This document shows positions 1 through 9,809 of a stretch of 64,000 bases of DNA, piece by piece (positions within the stretch are counted from its first letter, which is position 1; each line of letters opens with the position of its first letter). The stretch lies in the NCBI GenBank assembly GCA_016777565.1, contig JADHRF010000001.1, positions 26,406 through 90,405 of the forward strand, written 5' to 3'. This DNA comes from Pelagibacteraceae bacterium. GTDB taxonomy: Bacteria; Pseudomonadota; Alphaproteobacteria; Pelagibacterales; Pelagibacteraceae. The notes beneath the pieces were generated by a model. It worked only from the letters and a program-made list of their open reading frames with translations. It did not search any database and was not told where the DNA came from. The position numbers and the translations under genes were made by a program.

Positions 1-869
1 TCCTCGGCATGTTTATATCCTTTTCCTTTTTGGGTGATAGTGTGAATTAAAACAGGCCCTTTATGTTTCGAGTTTTTAACATTTTCTAGCACCTGAACTA
101 AATTATCAATGTCATGTCCGTCTATGGGTCCTATATAATAAAAACCTAGTTCACTAAATAATGTTCCACCTGTAACTAGTCCTTTTAATAAATCTTCAGC
201 TTTAGCGGTTTTTTCGGCAAATCTTTTTGAAAAAGCTGAAATAATCATTTTAACAGTTTCTCTAAAGCTAAAATACATCTTTCCAGATAAAAGCGTAGCA
301 AGATATTTGCTCATCGCACCAACTGGTTTAGCGATTGACATCTCGTTATCATTTAAAATCACAATAAGTTTTGATTTCAGTGCACCTGCATTATTCATAG
401 CTTCATAAGCCATACCCGCACTCATAGCTCCATCACCGATCACGGCTACGACATTATTATTATTGTTTGATAATTTATTTGCAATTGCCATGCCTAATGT
501 TGAAGAAATTGACGTTGAACTATGGGCTGCTCCAAATGGATCATATTCACTTTCTGCTCTTTTAGTAAATCCAGATAAGCCCCCTCCTTTTCTTAATGTT
601 CTTATAGAATCTTTTCTGCCTGTAATAATTTTGTGCGGATAGCATTGGTGACCTACATCCCAAACTAACTTATCTTTTGGAGTGTTAAACACATAATGAA
701 CAGCTACTGTTAGCTCAACAACACCAAGTCCTGCTCCTAAGTGACCACCCGTTTCAGAAACTACACTAATTAATTCCTCTCTAAGTTCATCTGAAACTTG
801 TTTTAACTGATTTTTTTTTAATTTTCTTAAATCTGCTGGAAAATTAATTTGGTTTAATAGTTTACTCAT
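1..869 (-). CDS. dxs: 1-deoxy-D-xylulose-5-phosphate synthase, N-terminal part (runs off the window start)
   Basis: Not in ORF track. Hand translation from ATG at 869: [17 protein letters not shown]...[14 protein letters not shown]...[16 protein letters not shown]...[11 protein letters not shown]...[20 protein letters not shown]. Overlaps the ispA stop (TAATG). Confidence 0.97.
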   Translation of the reverse strand, partial: MSKLLNQINFPADLRKLKKNQLKQVSDELREELISVVSETGGHLGAGLGVVELTVAVHYVFNTPKDKLVWDVGHQCYPHKIITGRKDSIRTLRKGGGLSGFTKRAESEYDPFGAAHSSTSISSTLGMAIANKLSNNNNNVVAVIGDGAMSAGMAYEAMNNAGALKSKLIVILNDNEMSIAKPVGAMSKYLATLLSGKMYFSFRETVKMIISAFSKRFAEKTAKAEDLLKGLVTGGTLFSELGFYYIGPIDGHDIDNLVQVLENVKNSKHKGPVLIHTITQKGKGYKHAE

Positions 870-1744
870 TAAAAATTTCTTTCTAAAATAAATTCTACTG
901 TATTAATTAAATTGTTTGCTTTTTTTCCATGTTTTTTCAATTTACTCAATATATTTCTCTTCAATCGCAGGGCATAAAAATTAGCTTTTTGATAGCCTAT
1001 TAAGCTTATTAAAGTAGATTTACCTTTTTTTTGATCTTTTTTAGTAAACTTGCCAGCTAATTTTTTTGATCCCTTAAAATCAATAAAATCATCAGCTAAT
1101 TGAAATAATAAACCTATTTCTTCACCTAATTTACTCAGAGATTTTAATTCTCCAAAATTTTTTTTTGCTATTACACCAGGTCCTAAGCAGCAAAAATTAA
1201 ATAATTTTCCTGTTTTTTTTCTCTGCATATCTAGAATATCTGGAAATTTTTTTTTCTTTTTTTCAAAACTTAAGTCAAGATATTGACCTCCTGCTATACC
1301 GGTATGACCAGAACAAAGTGCTAGATATTTGATAAGTTCTACTTTTGCTTTATAATCTATTTTGTAATTTTTATCTGTAATCATTTCAAAAGCTAAGGTT
1401 AATAGTGAGTTACCAGCCAGGATGGCTGTAGACTCTCCGAATTTTACATGTGTAGCAGGTTTTCCTCTGCGCATTCGATCGTTGTCCATACAAGGAAGAT
1501 CGTCGTGAATTAAAGAATAAGAATGAATACACTCAACAGCCGCACAAAGATTTAAAAGTTTACTGGTTTTGAGATTAAATAATTTACCAGCACCTATAAT
1601 TATTGAAGATCTTACTTTTTTTCCTCCTGATAATGAACCAAACTTCATGGCAGACATTAGACCTGAGTTTTTTTGACGATTTAAATACTTTTTCAAAAAA
1701 ACATCTGTTTTTTTTGCGTTCGTATTTAAAAATAATTCAAGCAT
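869..1744 (-). CDS. ispA: Farnesyl diphosphate synthase (polyprenyl synthetase)
   Basis: [34 protein letters not shown] motifs; xseB-ispA-dxs synteny. Confidence 0.95.
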   Translation of the reverse strand: MLELFLNTNAKKTDVFLKKYLNRQKNSGLMSAMKFGSLSGGKKVRSSIIIGAGKLFNLKTSKLLNLCAAVECIHSYSLIHDDLPCMDNDRMRRGKPATHVKFGESTAILAGNSLLTLAFEMITDKNYKIDYKAKVELIKYLALCSGHTGIAGGQYLDLSFEKKKKKFPDILDMQRKKTGKLFNFCCLGPGVIAKKNFGELKSLSKLGEEIGLLFQLADDFIDFKGSKKLAGKFTKKDQKKGKSTLISLIGYQKANFYALRLKRNILSKLKKHGKKANNLINTVEFILERNF

Positions 1745-1746
1745 TA

Positions 1747-1974
1747 TTAAAGATTTTTCTTAATTTTTTTTCCAATAGAAGAAATCTCTTTATTTCTTTG
1801 TTTGAACAGCAAGTCTACACGTCTATTCAAGCTAATAAGACGAGCATAATCATTCATTGAGTCTGATAAATTAGTCTCATTGCTTTCTAGTTTTTCAAGA
1901 ATTTGATTAATTTCGTCTTTAATCTCTTTTATTGATTTACTTTTTGTATTCTCTGGAATATTTTCATTTTTCAT
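1747..1974 (-). CDS. xseB: Exodeoxyribonuclease VII small subunit
   Basis: 75-aa helical protein (ILEKLES.ETNLSDSM..Y) directly upstream of ispA. Confidence 0.8.
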   Translation of the reverse strand: MKNENIPENTKSKSIKEIKDEINQILEKLESNETNLSDSMNDYARLISLNRRVDLLFKQRNKEISSIGKKIKKNL

Positions 1975-1995
1975 TAAAAGTATAATAATTACATT

Positions 1996-2949
1996 ATGAA
2001 GAATATCTATTCAAATATATTAAAAGTTAATAACAATAATCTATCTAAAGCTATAAATCTCCTTAAAGAAAAAGAGCTTATAGGTGTTCCTACTGAAACT
2101 GTATATGGTTTAGCTGCTAATGCTTATTCTTCAAAATCAGTAAAAAAAATTTATTTTCTAAAAAAAAGACCTTTAAAAAATCCACTTATTATTCATTACT
2201 ATAATCTAAAACAATTAAAAAAAGATGTAGAATTAAATACTAATTTTTTTAAGCTCTATAAAAAATTTTCTCCTGGGCCTATAACTTTTGTTTTAAAAAA
2301 AAAGAAAAAATCACTTATATCTAACGTGGCGACCGCAAAATTACAAACTGTTGCGGTAAGATTCCCAAAAAATAAAATATTAAGAAAAATATTAAATTCC
2401 TTAGACTTTCCATTGGCTATACCAAGTGCTAACAAATCTTCACATATCAGTCCTGTTACTGCTGAAGATGTGGCTCAGGAATTTAAAGACTCTTTAAAAA
2501 TTATTTTAAATGATGGGCCATGTAAGATTGGTCTTGAGTCAACTGTTATAGATTTAACATCCAGGCCAAAGATATTAAGGCCAGGGCTGGTAAGTCCTGC
2601 AGCTATTTCTAAAAAATTAAGTAGAAAAATTAAAGTCTATCATGAATCAAAAAATATCAGAGCCCCTGGAATGCTCAAAAGACATTACTCACCAGGTATA
2701 CCAATAAAACTTAACCAAACAAAAGCAAAAAGCAATGAAGCCTTTATTGTTTTTGGAAAAAAATATAAAAAAAGAAAAAATATTTTTAATTTAAGTTTTA
2801 AATCCAGTTTAAATGAAGCAGCTAAAAACTTATATAGAATATTAAGATTAGTAAAAAACAAAAATTATAAAATGATTAAAGTATGTTCAATTCCACAAAC
2901 TGGTATTGGTTTAGCAATTAATGACAGACTTAATAGGGCAGCAAAATAA
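1996..2949 (+). CDS. sua5: L-threonylcarbamoyladenylate synthase (Sua5, with C-terminal domain)
   Basis: PTETVYGLAA, KKRP..NPLI.H, PGPIT, PSANKS, GLESTV, APGML.RHYSP. Confidence 0.95.
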   Translation: MKNIYSNILKVNNNNLSKAINLLKEKELIGVPTETVYGLAANAYSSKSVKKIYFLKKRPLKNPLIIHYYNLKQLKKDVELNTNFFKLYKKFSPGPITFVLKKKKKSLISNVATAKLQTVAVRFPKNKILRKILNSLDFPLAIPSANKSSHISPVTAEDVAQEFKDSLKIILNDGPCKIGLESTVIDLTSRPKILRPGLVSPAAISKKLSRKIKVYHESKNIRAPGMLKRHYSPGIPIKLNQTKAKSNEAFIVFGKKYKKRKNIFNLSFKSSLNEAAKNLYRILRLVKNKNYKMIKVCSIPQTGIGLAINDRLNRAAK

Positions 2950-2952
2950 TTT

Positions 2953-3687
2953 ATGGATATAAAAGTACAAAATCTAACAAAAAAATTTAAAAATTATTTA
3001 GCAGTTAATAATATTAATTTTACATTAGAAAAGAATAAGACATTAGGCTTGCTTGGTCCAAATGGTTGTGGAAAAACAACTTCTATAGGAATGATGCTAG
3101 GTTTAATCTCACCATCAAGTGGAAAAGTTTTGATTAATAATCAAAATGTCAATAGTGCTAATCGCAACGATCTTTTGAGCAGAATGAACTTTGCATCACC
3201 ATATATTGAATTACCTAAAAAACTTACGGTTAGACAAAATTTAGAGGTTTACGGTAGGCTCTACGGCATCAAAGACTTAAAAAATAGAATTGAAGAAATT
3301 TCAAATGATCTAAATTTAAATAATTTTTTAACAAAAAATACAGGTGAATTGTCTTCAGGACAAAAAAATAGAGTTTCTCTAGCTAAATCATTAATTAATA
3401 AACCAGATATTTTGTTTCTGGATGAACCAACAGCAAGTTTAGATCCTGATATTGGAGACTTTGTTAGAGAGTATATAGAAACATATAAATCAAAAAACAA
3501 AATAACTATTTTATTAGCTTCTCATAATATGAAAGAAGTCGAAAGACTTTGTGACACTGTAATTATGATGAAAGAGGGACAGATAGTTGACAGAGGAACT
3601 TGTAAACAACTAATCAGCAAACATGGTAGAGATAACCTTGAAGATACTTTTTTACAAATAGCAAGGAGCATAAATGAGTTGGCATAA
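2953..3687 (+). CDS. ABC transporter ATP-binding protein (ABC-2 exporter type)
   Basis: Walker A GPNGCGKTT, signature LSSGQ, Walker B LFLDEPT, H-loop SHNM. Confidence 0.93.
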   Translation: MDIKVQNLTKKFKNYLAVNNINFTLEKNKTLGLLGPNGCGKTTSIGMMLGLISPSSGKVLINNQNVNSANRNDLLSRMNFASPYIELPKKLTVRQNLEVYGRLYGIKDLKNRIEEISNDLNLNNFLTKNTGELSSGQKNRVSLAKSLINKPDILFLDEPTASLDPDIGDFVREYIETYKSKNKITILLASHNMKEVERLCDTVIMMKEGQIVDRGTCKQLISKHGRDNLEDTFLQIARSINELA

Positions 3688-4465
3688 AATTTATGGTTTA
3701 AGTCTAAGACATGTTTATTTGATCAAAGGTTCTTTTCCGAGAATTTTAGACTTAATTTATTGGCCTTCAATACAAGTGTTTTTATGGGGTTTCATTTCAG
3801 AATTTTTTACTATGAGTTCCTCATATTACAGCAATACTGTAGGTATTATTCTCACTGCTGCAATACTTTATGATTTTCTTTTTAGATCAAGTATTAGTTA
3901 CAACATGATGTTCCTTGAGGAAATTTGGAGTAGAAATTTCACAAATTTGTTTATTGCGCCAATAAAGATAAGTGAAATTATTGCAGCTCTTACGATGACG
4001 GCAATTTTCAGAACGTTAATTGGATTGGTGCCTGCGGTGCTTCTTGCTATACCTCTGTTTGGTGTATCTATTTTTAAATTAGGCATACCTTTAATTTTTC
4101 TTCTTATCGCTCTTTATATATTTGGTATAAGTCTAGGTCTGCTTGTTACAGCAGGTTTGCTGAGATTTGGTCCATCTTTTGAAAATATTGCCTGGGCAAG
4201 TTTATTTTTTTTAGCACCGCTTGGATGCATTTATTATCCAATTGAGATTCTGCCTGGTGTGCTGCAAGTAATAGCGAAAATTTTGCCATTAGTTCATATT
4301 TTCGAGGAAATGAGAAATATATTAATAAATCAAACAGTAAATATCCTTGAAATTTTTAAAGGTGTATTGATTTCTTTTGTTTATTTTGGTTTAGGTGTAA
4401 TTGTTTTTTATACCGCATATTATGGAGCAAAAATAAAAGGTACATTAATTAACATTGGCGAATAA
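3674..4465 (+). CDS. ABC-2 type transporter permease
   Basis: Multiple hydrophobic segments, IYYPIEILP...LPLVH motif; overlaps the ATPase gene. Confidence 0.9.
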   Translation: MSWHKIYGLSLRHVYLIKGSFPRILDLIYWPSIQVFLWGFISEFFTMSSSYYSNTVGIILTAAILYDFLFRSSISYNMMFLEEIWSRNFTNLFIAPIKISEIIAALTMTAIFRTLIGLVPAVLLAIPLFGVSIFKLGIPLIFLLIALYIFGISLGLLVTAGLLRFGPSFENIAWASLFFLAPLGCIYYPIEILPGVLQVIAKILPLVHIFEEMRNILINQTVNILEIFKGVLISFVYFGLGVIVFYTAYYGAKIKGTLINIGE

Positions 4466-4470
4466 TTTTA

Positions 4471-5187
4471 ATGCATGAAAATCTAAATAAAATAAAAAGT
4501 TTAGAAGGATCTCCTAAAGTAATTAAAAAATTTTTGAACTCAAATGAAGTTGAAAAATTTTTAAAACTTTATTCAGAATTGCCTGTAACTGTTAACAACT
4601 TGAAACAAAAAGTAGTAAAAAAAAGATGGATATCAGGATTTGGAAAAGAGCAGGAACAAATTTTAAGAGAAAGAATTAAATTAGAAATTGGAGATTTTGT
4701 TATGGATAATATAAATGAAAAAGATGGAACGGAATGCTTAGGTCTTTTTCAAGAAAGCTTCAATCCAATAGGTTTACATGTTGACGGAGGATTTAATTTA
4801 AAAGATATAATTTATAAACAAACATTATTACCGTTAAGTAATCATGGAGAAACTATAATTTTTAAAAACAGATACTATGGACCTTCAACAAATTTTACTA
4901 ATAAAGAGAATGATTTAAAAGAGAATAGTCCTGAAAATTTTAAAAAAGGAAAAAATGTTAGATCTTCTGATCATTTAAAAATGTATGGAGACAAAGTTTT
5001 TAATAAAAGTGACTATGAACAATATTTAAAACACGAAGATATAAATAATTTGAATGGTTTAGAAGTTGAATTTGTTTACAAGTGGAATTTGGGAGATTTA
5101 TTTATTTTCGATAGAACTCATTTGCACTGTTCGTCATGTAATATCAATGGCAAAAAAATTGGACTGGCTACCTTTACAAAAAAATGA
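4471..5187 (+). CDS. Hypothetical protein, probable 2OG-Fe(II) oxygenase fold
   Basis: HxD (LHVDG) plus distal His in WNLGDLFIFDRTHLHCS. Confidence 0.6.
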   Translation: MHENLNKIKSLEGSPKVIKKFLNSNEVEKFLKLYSELPVTVNNLKQKVVKKRWISGFGKEQEQILRERIKLEIGDFVMDNINEKDGTECLGLFQESFNPIGLHVDGGFNLKDIIYKQTLLPLSNHGETIIFKNRYYGPSTNFTNKENDLKENSPENFKKGKNVRSSDHLKMYGDKVFNKSDYEQYLKHEDINNLNGLEVEFVYKWNLGDLFIFDRTHLHCSSCNINGKKIGLATFTKK

Positions 5188-6134
5188 AAAGTATAATTGG
5201 AAAATTAGGTAAAAGTTTTTCAAAAATTTTACTTCCTCTAATTTATAAAATATTTTTTTTTTTTAAAATAAATCGTAGAGCTATAAATTTTTTTTCTGAA
5301 AAAAGTTTTTTTGCTAATAATAAGCAAAATTTCGACAACTTAATTATTTCCCTACTAAATCAAAAAAAAATAATTACTTTAGATGTAGGCGCTCAAGGTG
5401 GATTTAACTCTGATCAATTTACACCATCTAAATATGATCAATTTTTTGAAACTATTCTTATTGAGCCCATAAAAGAAGAGGCTAAAAAATTAAAAGAAAA
5501 AAATAAATATGTAATTGAAAATGGGTTATGGAGCTCAAAAAAGAAAAAAGAAATTTTTATGTTAGAAAATCGTCTTGGGAGCTCGTCTATGTATGAACCA
5601 AATCCAGAACTTTTTGACTTACATAGAATTAAAAAAAAAAATTACCTAGATTATAAAGTAACTAAAAAGATAGAAGTCGATTGTGAAACTTTAGACTCTT
5701 CGCTAACTAAATTGGGTATAAACAAATTAGATTATCTTAAAATAGACACTCAAGGGGCTGAGCTTGAAATATTAAAAGGAATTGGAAAATATAAACCTTT
5801 GCTTATAAGATTAGAGTTTCAAATACACTCAATGTATAAAGATGTTCCAAATTGGAGCGAACTTTTAAATTATTTGTATAAACTTAATTATACAATTATT
5901 GACTGGAAAGAAATAGGTTCACACGCGACCAGAGTACCTGCTGAAATGGATATGATTTTTATTCCAAATTTTAATAGTGAAGAAGGAAAAAAATTGATTT
6001 TAGAAAATGAGGAAATGTTTATTTGTTTAATGCTAATATTTGGACAAATAAGCTTGTTAAAAATTATTTCAAATAAATATGGTTTAAAATATTTAGATAA
6101 AGTAGAAAATTTAAAAGATTTATATTTCGATTAA
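5184..6134 (+). CDS. FkbM-family SAM-dependent methyltransferase
   Basis: LDVGAQGG, IEP, LDYLKIDTQGAELEILKG. Confidence 0.88.
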   Translation: MKSIIGKLGKSFSKILLPLIYKIFFFFKINRRAINFFSEKSFFANNKQNFDNLIISLLNQKKIITLDVGAQGGFNSDQFTPSKYDQFFETILIEPIKEEAKKLKEKNKYVIENGLWSSKKKKEIFMLENRLGSSSMYEPNPELFDLHRIKKKNYLDYKVTKKIEVDCETLDSSLTKLGINKLDYLKIDTQGAELEILKGIGKYKPLLIRLEFQIHSMYKDVPNWSELLNYLYKLNYTIIDWKEIGSHATRVPAEMDMIFIPNFNSEEGKKLILENEEMFICLMLIFGQISLLKIISNKYGLKYLDKVENLKDLYFD

Positions 6135-6937
6135 TGGCTATATACGATTGCTTTCAATATTTTAATGAAGACCATGTGTTAGACTTACGTTTTAATATAC
6201 TTGATAAAGATGTAGATTATTTTATTGTTTCAGAATCTACTAAGACACATCAGGGAAAAGAAAAAAAACTTAACTTTAATATCAATCGCTTTAAAAAATT
6301 TAAACACAAAATAAAGTATATAGTTGCTAATTATGATAAAAAAATTAATTTTTATAATCATACAGGTGGAGAGTCTCTAGTTGAACAACATCAAAGGAAT
6401 GAACTTTCAAAAGGTTTGATAAAGGCTCACGACAATGACTTAATTATTTTATCAGACTCTGATGAAATACCGGATCTGTCAAAATTAAATCTGATCAAAA
6501 AAAATACTAAATTTAGTGCTTTTTCACATACAATGTTTATGTATAAAATTAATCTTCAAAATTTGGATGAAAATAATTGGATAGGTTCAAAAATGACATT
6601 AATGAAAAATTTTCCTGCCCCCCATAAATTAAGAAGTTTAAAATTTAAAAAATATCCTTTTTGGAGGCTTGATAAAATTGGATTACAAATAATTAAAGGT
6701 GGTTGGCATTTTTCATTTCTACAAAAACCATCTGATATTGTACAAAAGATTAAGTCTTTCTCACATGGAGAATTTAATAAAAATGAATTTGTGAATGAAA
6801 AAATAATAGAAGAAAAAATTTATAACAATAAAGATATTTTTGACAGAGGTTACAGTTTCAAAAAAATTGATATAGACGAAAACTATCCTGATTTTATAAA
6901 AAATAATAAAGACTTATTAAAAGATTGGATAATTTAG
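6134..6937 (+). CDS. Glycosyltransferase family 17-like protein
   Basis: IYDCFQYFNE..L.LRF..L...VDYF.VSES..TH.G..K, E..QRN, LSDSDEIP, GGWHFS. Confidence 0.82.
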   Translation: MAIYDCFQYFNEDHVLDLRFNILDKDVDYFIVSESTKTHQGKEKKLNFNINRFKKFKHKIKYIVANYDKKINFYNHTGGESLVEQHQRNELSKGLIKAHDNDLIILSDSDEIPDLSKLNLIKKNTKFSAFSHTMFMYKINLQNLDENNWIGSKMTLMKNFPAPHKLRSLKFKKYPFWRLDKIGLQIIKGGWHFSFLQKPSDIVQKIKSFSHGEFNKNEFVNEKIIEEKIYNNKDIFDRGYSFKKIDIDENYPDFIKNNKDLLKDWII

Positions 6938-6959
6938 AAAACAAAGAGATTTAGATATT

Positions 6960-7772
6960 ATGAAAAATTTAATTTTAACTGCTGCCTGTGGGTTGCAGCC
7001 AAATCAAATAGAATTTTTTTTGAAAAGCTTAAGAAAATATTATGATGATGAAGTTTTTTTCTTAGTTGGGCAAAAAGACTTTGAAACTAAAAAGTTTCTA
7101 AAAGAATATAATTGTAATTTTTTAGAAGTAAGTGTTCATAAGTTTGACATTCAACTCAAACGCTATTCTTTTTTCTTAGACGTCTTACAAAGAGATAAAT
7201 ACAAAAATATCCTTTTTTGTGACTCACGAGATATTTATTTTCAATCTAATCCATTTAATTACTCTTACAAAGGTTCTATTAATTATTTTCTAGAAGATAA
7301 AAAAATTAAAGATTGCCCATATAATTCAAGCTGGTTGATTAAAACCTATGGCAAAGAAACGTATGATGCTATATCAAATAACACTATTTCATGTGGTGGC
7401 ACTATTCTTGGAGCACATGGAAGTATCAAAACTTTTTTAACTTTAATGATAGATCAAATATCCAAACATAAGTTCAAAAGGAGATTAAAATATGTTCTAA
7501 CTTTTAGAAGAGACAAAGGAGCCAGAGGTTCTGACCAGTCACATGGAAATTATATAGCTCATAATAATTTGATTAAAAATAGTTTTTTTCATTCTAATGA
7601 AGCCGGCCCTATAGCTACGGCGTACTATCTCAAAAAAATTAGGTTTAATAACAATAGTGAATTAGTTAATATACATAATGAACCTTATGCGGTAGTTCAT
7701 CAATACGATAAAAGGTGGGAAGATTTTAAATATGCAGTTGTTGAGTTTAAAAAAAAACTTGGTATTAAATAA
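6960..7772 (+). CDS. Hypothetical protein, putative GT-A fold glycosyltransferase
   Basis: DxD-like CDSRDIYFQSNPF, CGGTILG, SDQ..NY, VVHQYD; follows the GT17 gene. Confidence 0.55.
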   Translation: MKNLILTAACGLQPNQIEFFLKSLRKYYDDEVFFLVGQKDFETKKFLKEYNCNFLEVSVHKFDIQLKRYSFFLDVLQRDKYKNILFCDSRDIYFQSNPFNYSYKGSINYFLEDKKIKDCPYNSSWLIKTYGKETYDAISNNTISCGGTILGAHGSIKTFLTLMIDQISKHKFKRRLKYVLTFRRDKGARGSDQSHGNYIAHNNLIKNSFFHSNEAGPIATAYYLKKIRFNNNSELVNIHNEPYAVVHQYDKRWEDFKYAVVEFKKKLGIK

Positions 7773-7790
7773 AATTTTTATCTATTTATT

Positions 7791-7867
7791 TGGTGCGTCC
7801 GGAAGGAGTTGAACCCTCAACCTCCTGATCCGAAGTCAGGCGCTCTATCCAATTGAGCTACGAACGC
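7791..7867 (-). tRNA. tRNA-Arg(UCG)
   Basis: Minus strand GCGTTCGTAGCTCAATTGGATAGAGCG-CCTGA-CTTCGGA-TCAGG-AGGTT-GAGGGTTCAACTCCTTC-CGGACGC-ACCA; full cloverleaf, encoded CCA. Confidence 0.96.
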
Positions 7868-7890
7868 ATATAATGTTAATTTAAATTTAA

Positions 7891-8874
7891 ATGTCTAATA
7901 ACTCAACAAAATTCTTAATTACTAATAAAGACGCTGATAGTCGTCTTGATGTAGTGCTTGTAAAATTATTACCCGACTTATCGAGGTCAAGTCTTAAAAA
8001 AATTATAACATTAAAGCAGGTTAAGGTTAATAACTCAATAATTAACTCTCCATCAAAAAAATTAAAAGAGAATGATCATATAGAAATAAATTTAGTCCCA
8101 AAAGAAGAAACAAAAATTTTACCCGCTTCTATAAAATTAAATATAGTTCATGAAGATAAAGATATTTTAATTGTGAATAAACCGGCTGGAATGGTTGTTC
8201 ATCCAGGCGCAGGTAATCATAATAAAACTTTGGTTAATGCTTTAATTTACAAATATAAAAAAAGGCTATCTAATATTAATGGAAATACTAGACCTGGTAT
8301 TGTTCATAGAATTGATAAAGAAACTAGTGGACTGCTTGTGGTTGCAAAAAATAACAATGTTCATGCAATTTTAGGAAAACAATTTAGCGACCATACAATT
8401 AAACGTAAATATCATGCTTTGTGTTGGGGTGTTTTAAGACCTCTTAGCGGGAGAATTGAGACTTTAATTGGGAGAAGTAGAAAGAATAGACAACTAATGT
8501 CTGTTACTGAAGTGTCTGGGAAGAAAGCAATAACAAATTATAACACTTTGAAAGTTTTCGAAATTAAGGATATTCCCAAAATTAGTTTTATAGAATGTGA
8601 ACTAGAAACTGGAAGAACTCATCAAATAAGAGTTCATATGGCTTATAAGGGATGTTCATTACTTGGGGATCAACAATATGGGAAAAAAAATCTAAAATTT
8701 AAAAAAATTAATGATGATTTTGAAAAAAAATTAAAAATTTTAAACAGGCAAGCTCTGCATGCAAAAAATTTAGGTTTTATTCACCCTACATCAAAAAAAT
8801 TTATGAATTTTGACTCTAAGCTTCCCCAAGATTTCAAAAAAATCCTAGATTTATTAAACAAATTAAGCCATTGA
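7891..8874 (+). CDS. rluD: RluA-family 23S rRNA pseudouridine synthase with S4 domain
   Basis: RLD, NKPAGMVVHP, VHRIDKETSGL, LETGRTHQIRVH, RQALHA; upstream of rpoH. Confidence 0.93.
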   Translation: MSNNSTKFLITNKDADSRLDVVLVKLLPDLSRSSLKKIITLKQVKVNNSIINSPSKKLKENDHIEINLVPKEETKILPASIKLNIVHEDKDILIVNKPAGMVVHPGAGNHNKTLVNALIYKYKKRLSNINGNTRPGIVHRIDKETSGLLVVAKNNNVHAILGKQFSDHTIKRKYHALCWGVLRPLSGRIETLIGRSRKNRQLMSVTEVSGKKAITNYNTLKVFEIKDIPKISFIECELETGRTHQIRVHMAYKGCSLLGDQQYGKKNLKFKKINDDFEKKLKILNRQALHAKNLGFIHPTSKKFMNFDSKLPQDFKKILDLLNKLSH

Positions 8875-8897
8875 AAAATCAAATTGTAGCTTATAAA
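8871..8897 (+). promoter_or_regulatory. Candidate rpoH promoter
   Basis: TTGAAAAATCAAATTGTAGCTTATAAA: TTG-N16-CTTATAA (sigma32-like) or TTGAAA-N15/17-TATAAA/TAAATA (sigma70-like). Confidence 0.35.
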
Positions 8898-8912
8898 TAT
8901 AAATAAAGTATA

Positions 8913-9809
8913 ATGACGAATAAAACAAAAATAACCAATTTACCTTCACCTTCTGTTGGTGGTTTGTCTCTCTATTTAGCTCAAATAAAAAAGTTTCCAA
9001 TGCTTGATGCAGAGGAAGAATACATGCTCGCTAAAAGTTGGAAAGAAAGAGGAAATTTGAAAGCTGCACATAAACTAGTAACAAGTCATTTAAGATTGGT
9101 TGCGAAGATTGCTATGGGCTATAGAGGTTATGGTCTGCCAGTTAATGAACTAATATCCGAGGGTAATATTGGTTTGATGCAAGCAGTTAAAAAATTTGAC
9201 CCTGAACGTGGTTTTAGACTAGCAACTTATGCTATGTGGTGGATTAAAGCAGCTATACAAGAATACGTCTTAAAATCTTGGAGTTTAGTTAAGATGGGTA
9301 CCACAACAGCACAAAAAAAACTTTTTTTTAATTTAAAAAAACTTAAAAACCAAATTGCACCTAATCAAGAAGGTGACCTTAGAGATGAGCATGTTGAAGA
9401 AATATCCAAAAGATTAGATGTTGACTCACATGAGGTAATAAATATGAACCGAAGACTTATGGGACATGAAAAATCTCTTAACGATCCTATTAAAGCTGGA
9501 GAAGCAGATGAGTGGCAAGACTGGCTTGTAGATGAAAACTTAGATCAAGAACTGATCATTTCACAAAAGCAAGAATTCGATGATAAAAAAGAATTACTTT
9601 ATGAGGCTATGACTATTTTAAACGATAGAGAAAAAGAGATTATAGAAGCAAGAAGATTAGCAGAAAATCCTAAAACCTTAGAGGAATTAAGTCAAAAATA
9701 CAAAATTAGTAGAGAGAGAATTAGACAAATTGAAACTAGAGCTTTTGAAAAACTTCAAAAATCGATGATCAATGCTGGTAAGTCTAAAAATTTACTGTCT
9801 GCAAATTAA
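8913..9809 (+). CDS. rpoH: RNA polymerase sigma-32 factor
   Basis: RpoH box [45 protein letters not shown]. Confidence 0.97.
   Translation: MTNKTKITNLPSPSVGGLSLYLAQIKKFPMLDAEEEYMLAKSWKERGNLKAAHKLVTSHLRLVAKIAMGYRGYGLPVNELISEGNIGLMQAVKKFDPERGFRLATYAMWWIKAAIQEYVLKSWSLVKMGTTTAQKKLFFNLKKLKNQIAPNQEGDLRDEHVEEISKRLDVDSHEVINMNRRLMGHEKSLNDPIKAGEADEWQDWLVDENLDQELIISQKQEFDDKKELLYEAMTILNDREKEIIEARRLAENPKTLEELSQKYKISRERIRQIETRAFEKLQKSMINAGKSKNLLSAN

Noticed and set aside
4441-4480. att-like duplication of the tRNA-Arg 3' end at the far side of the cassette
   Set aside because: No repeat of TGGTGCGTCC seen by eye and no integrase in the window, so no mobile element was called
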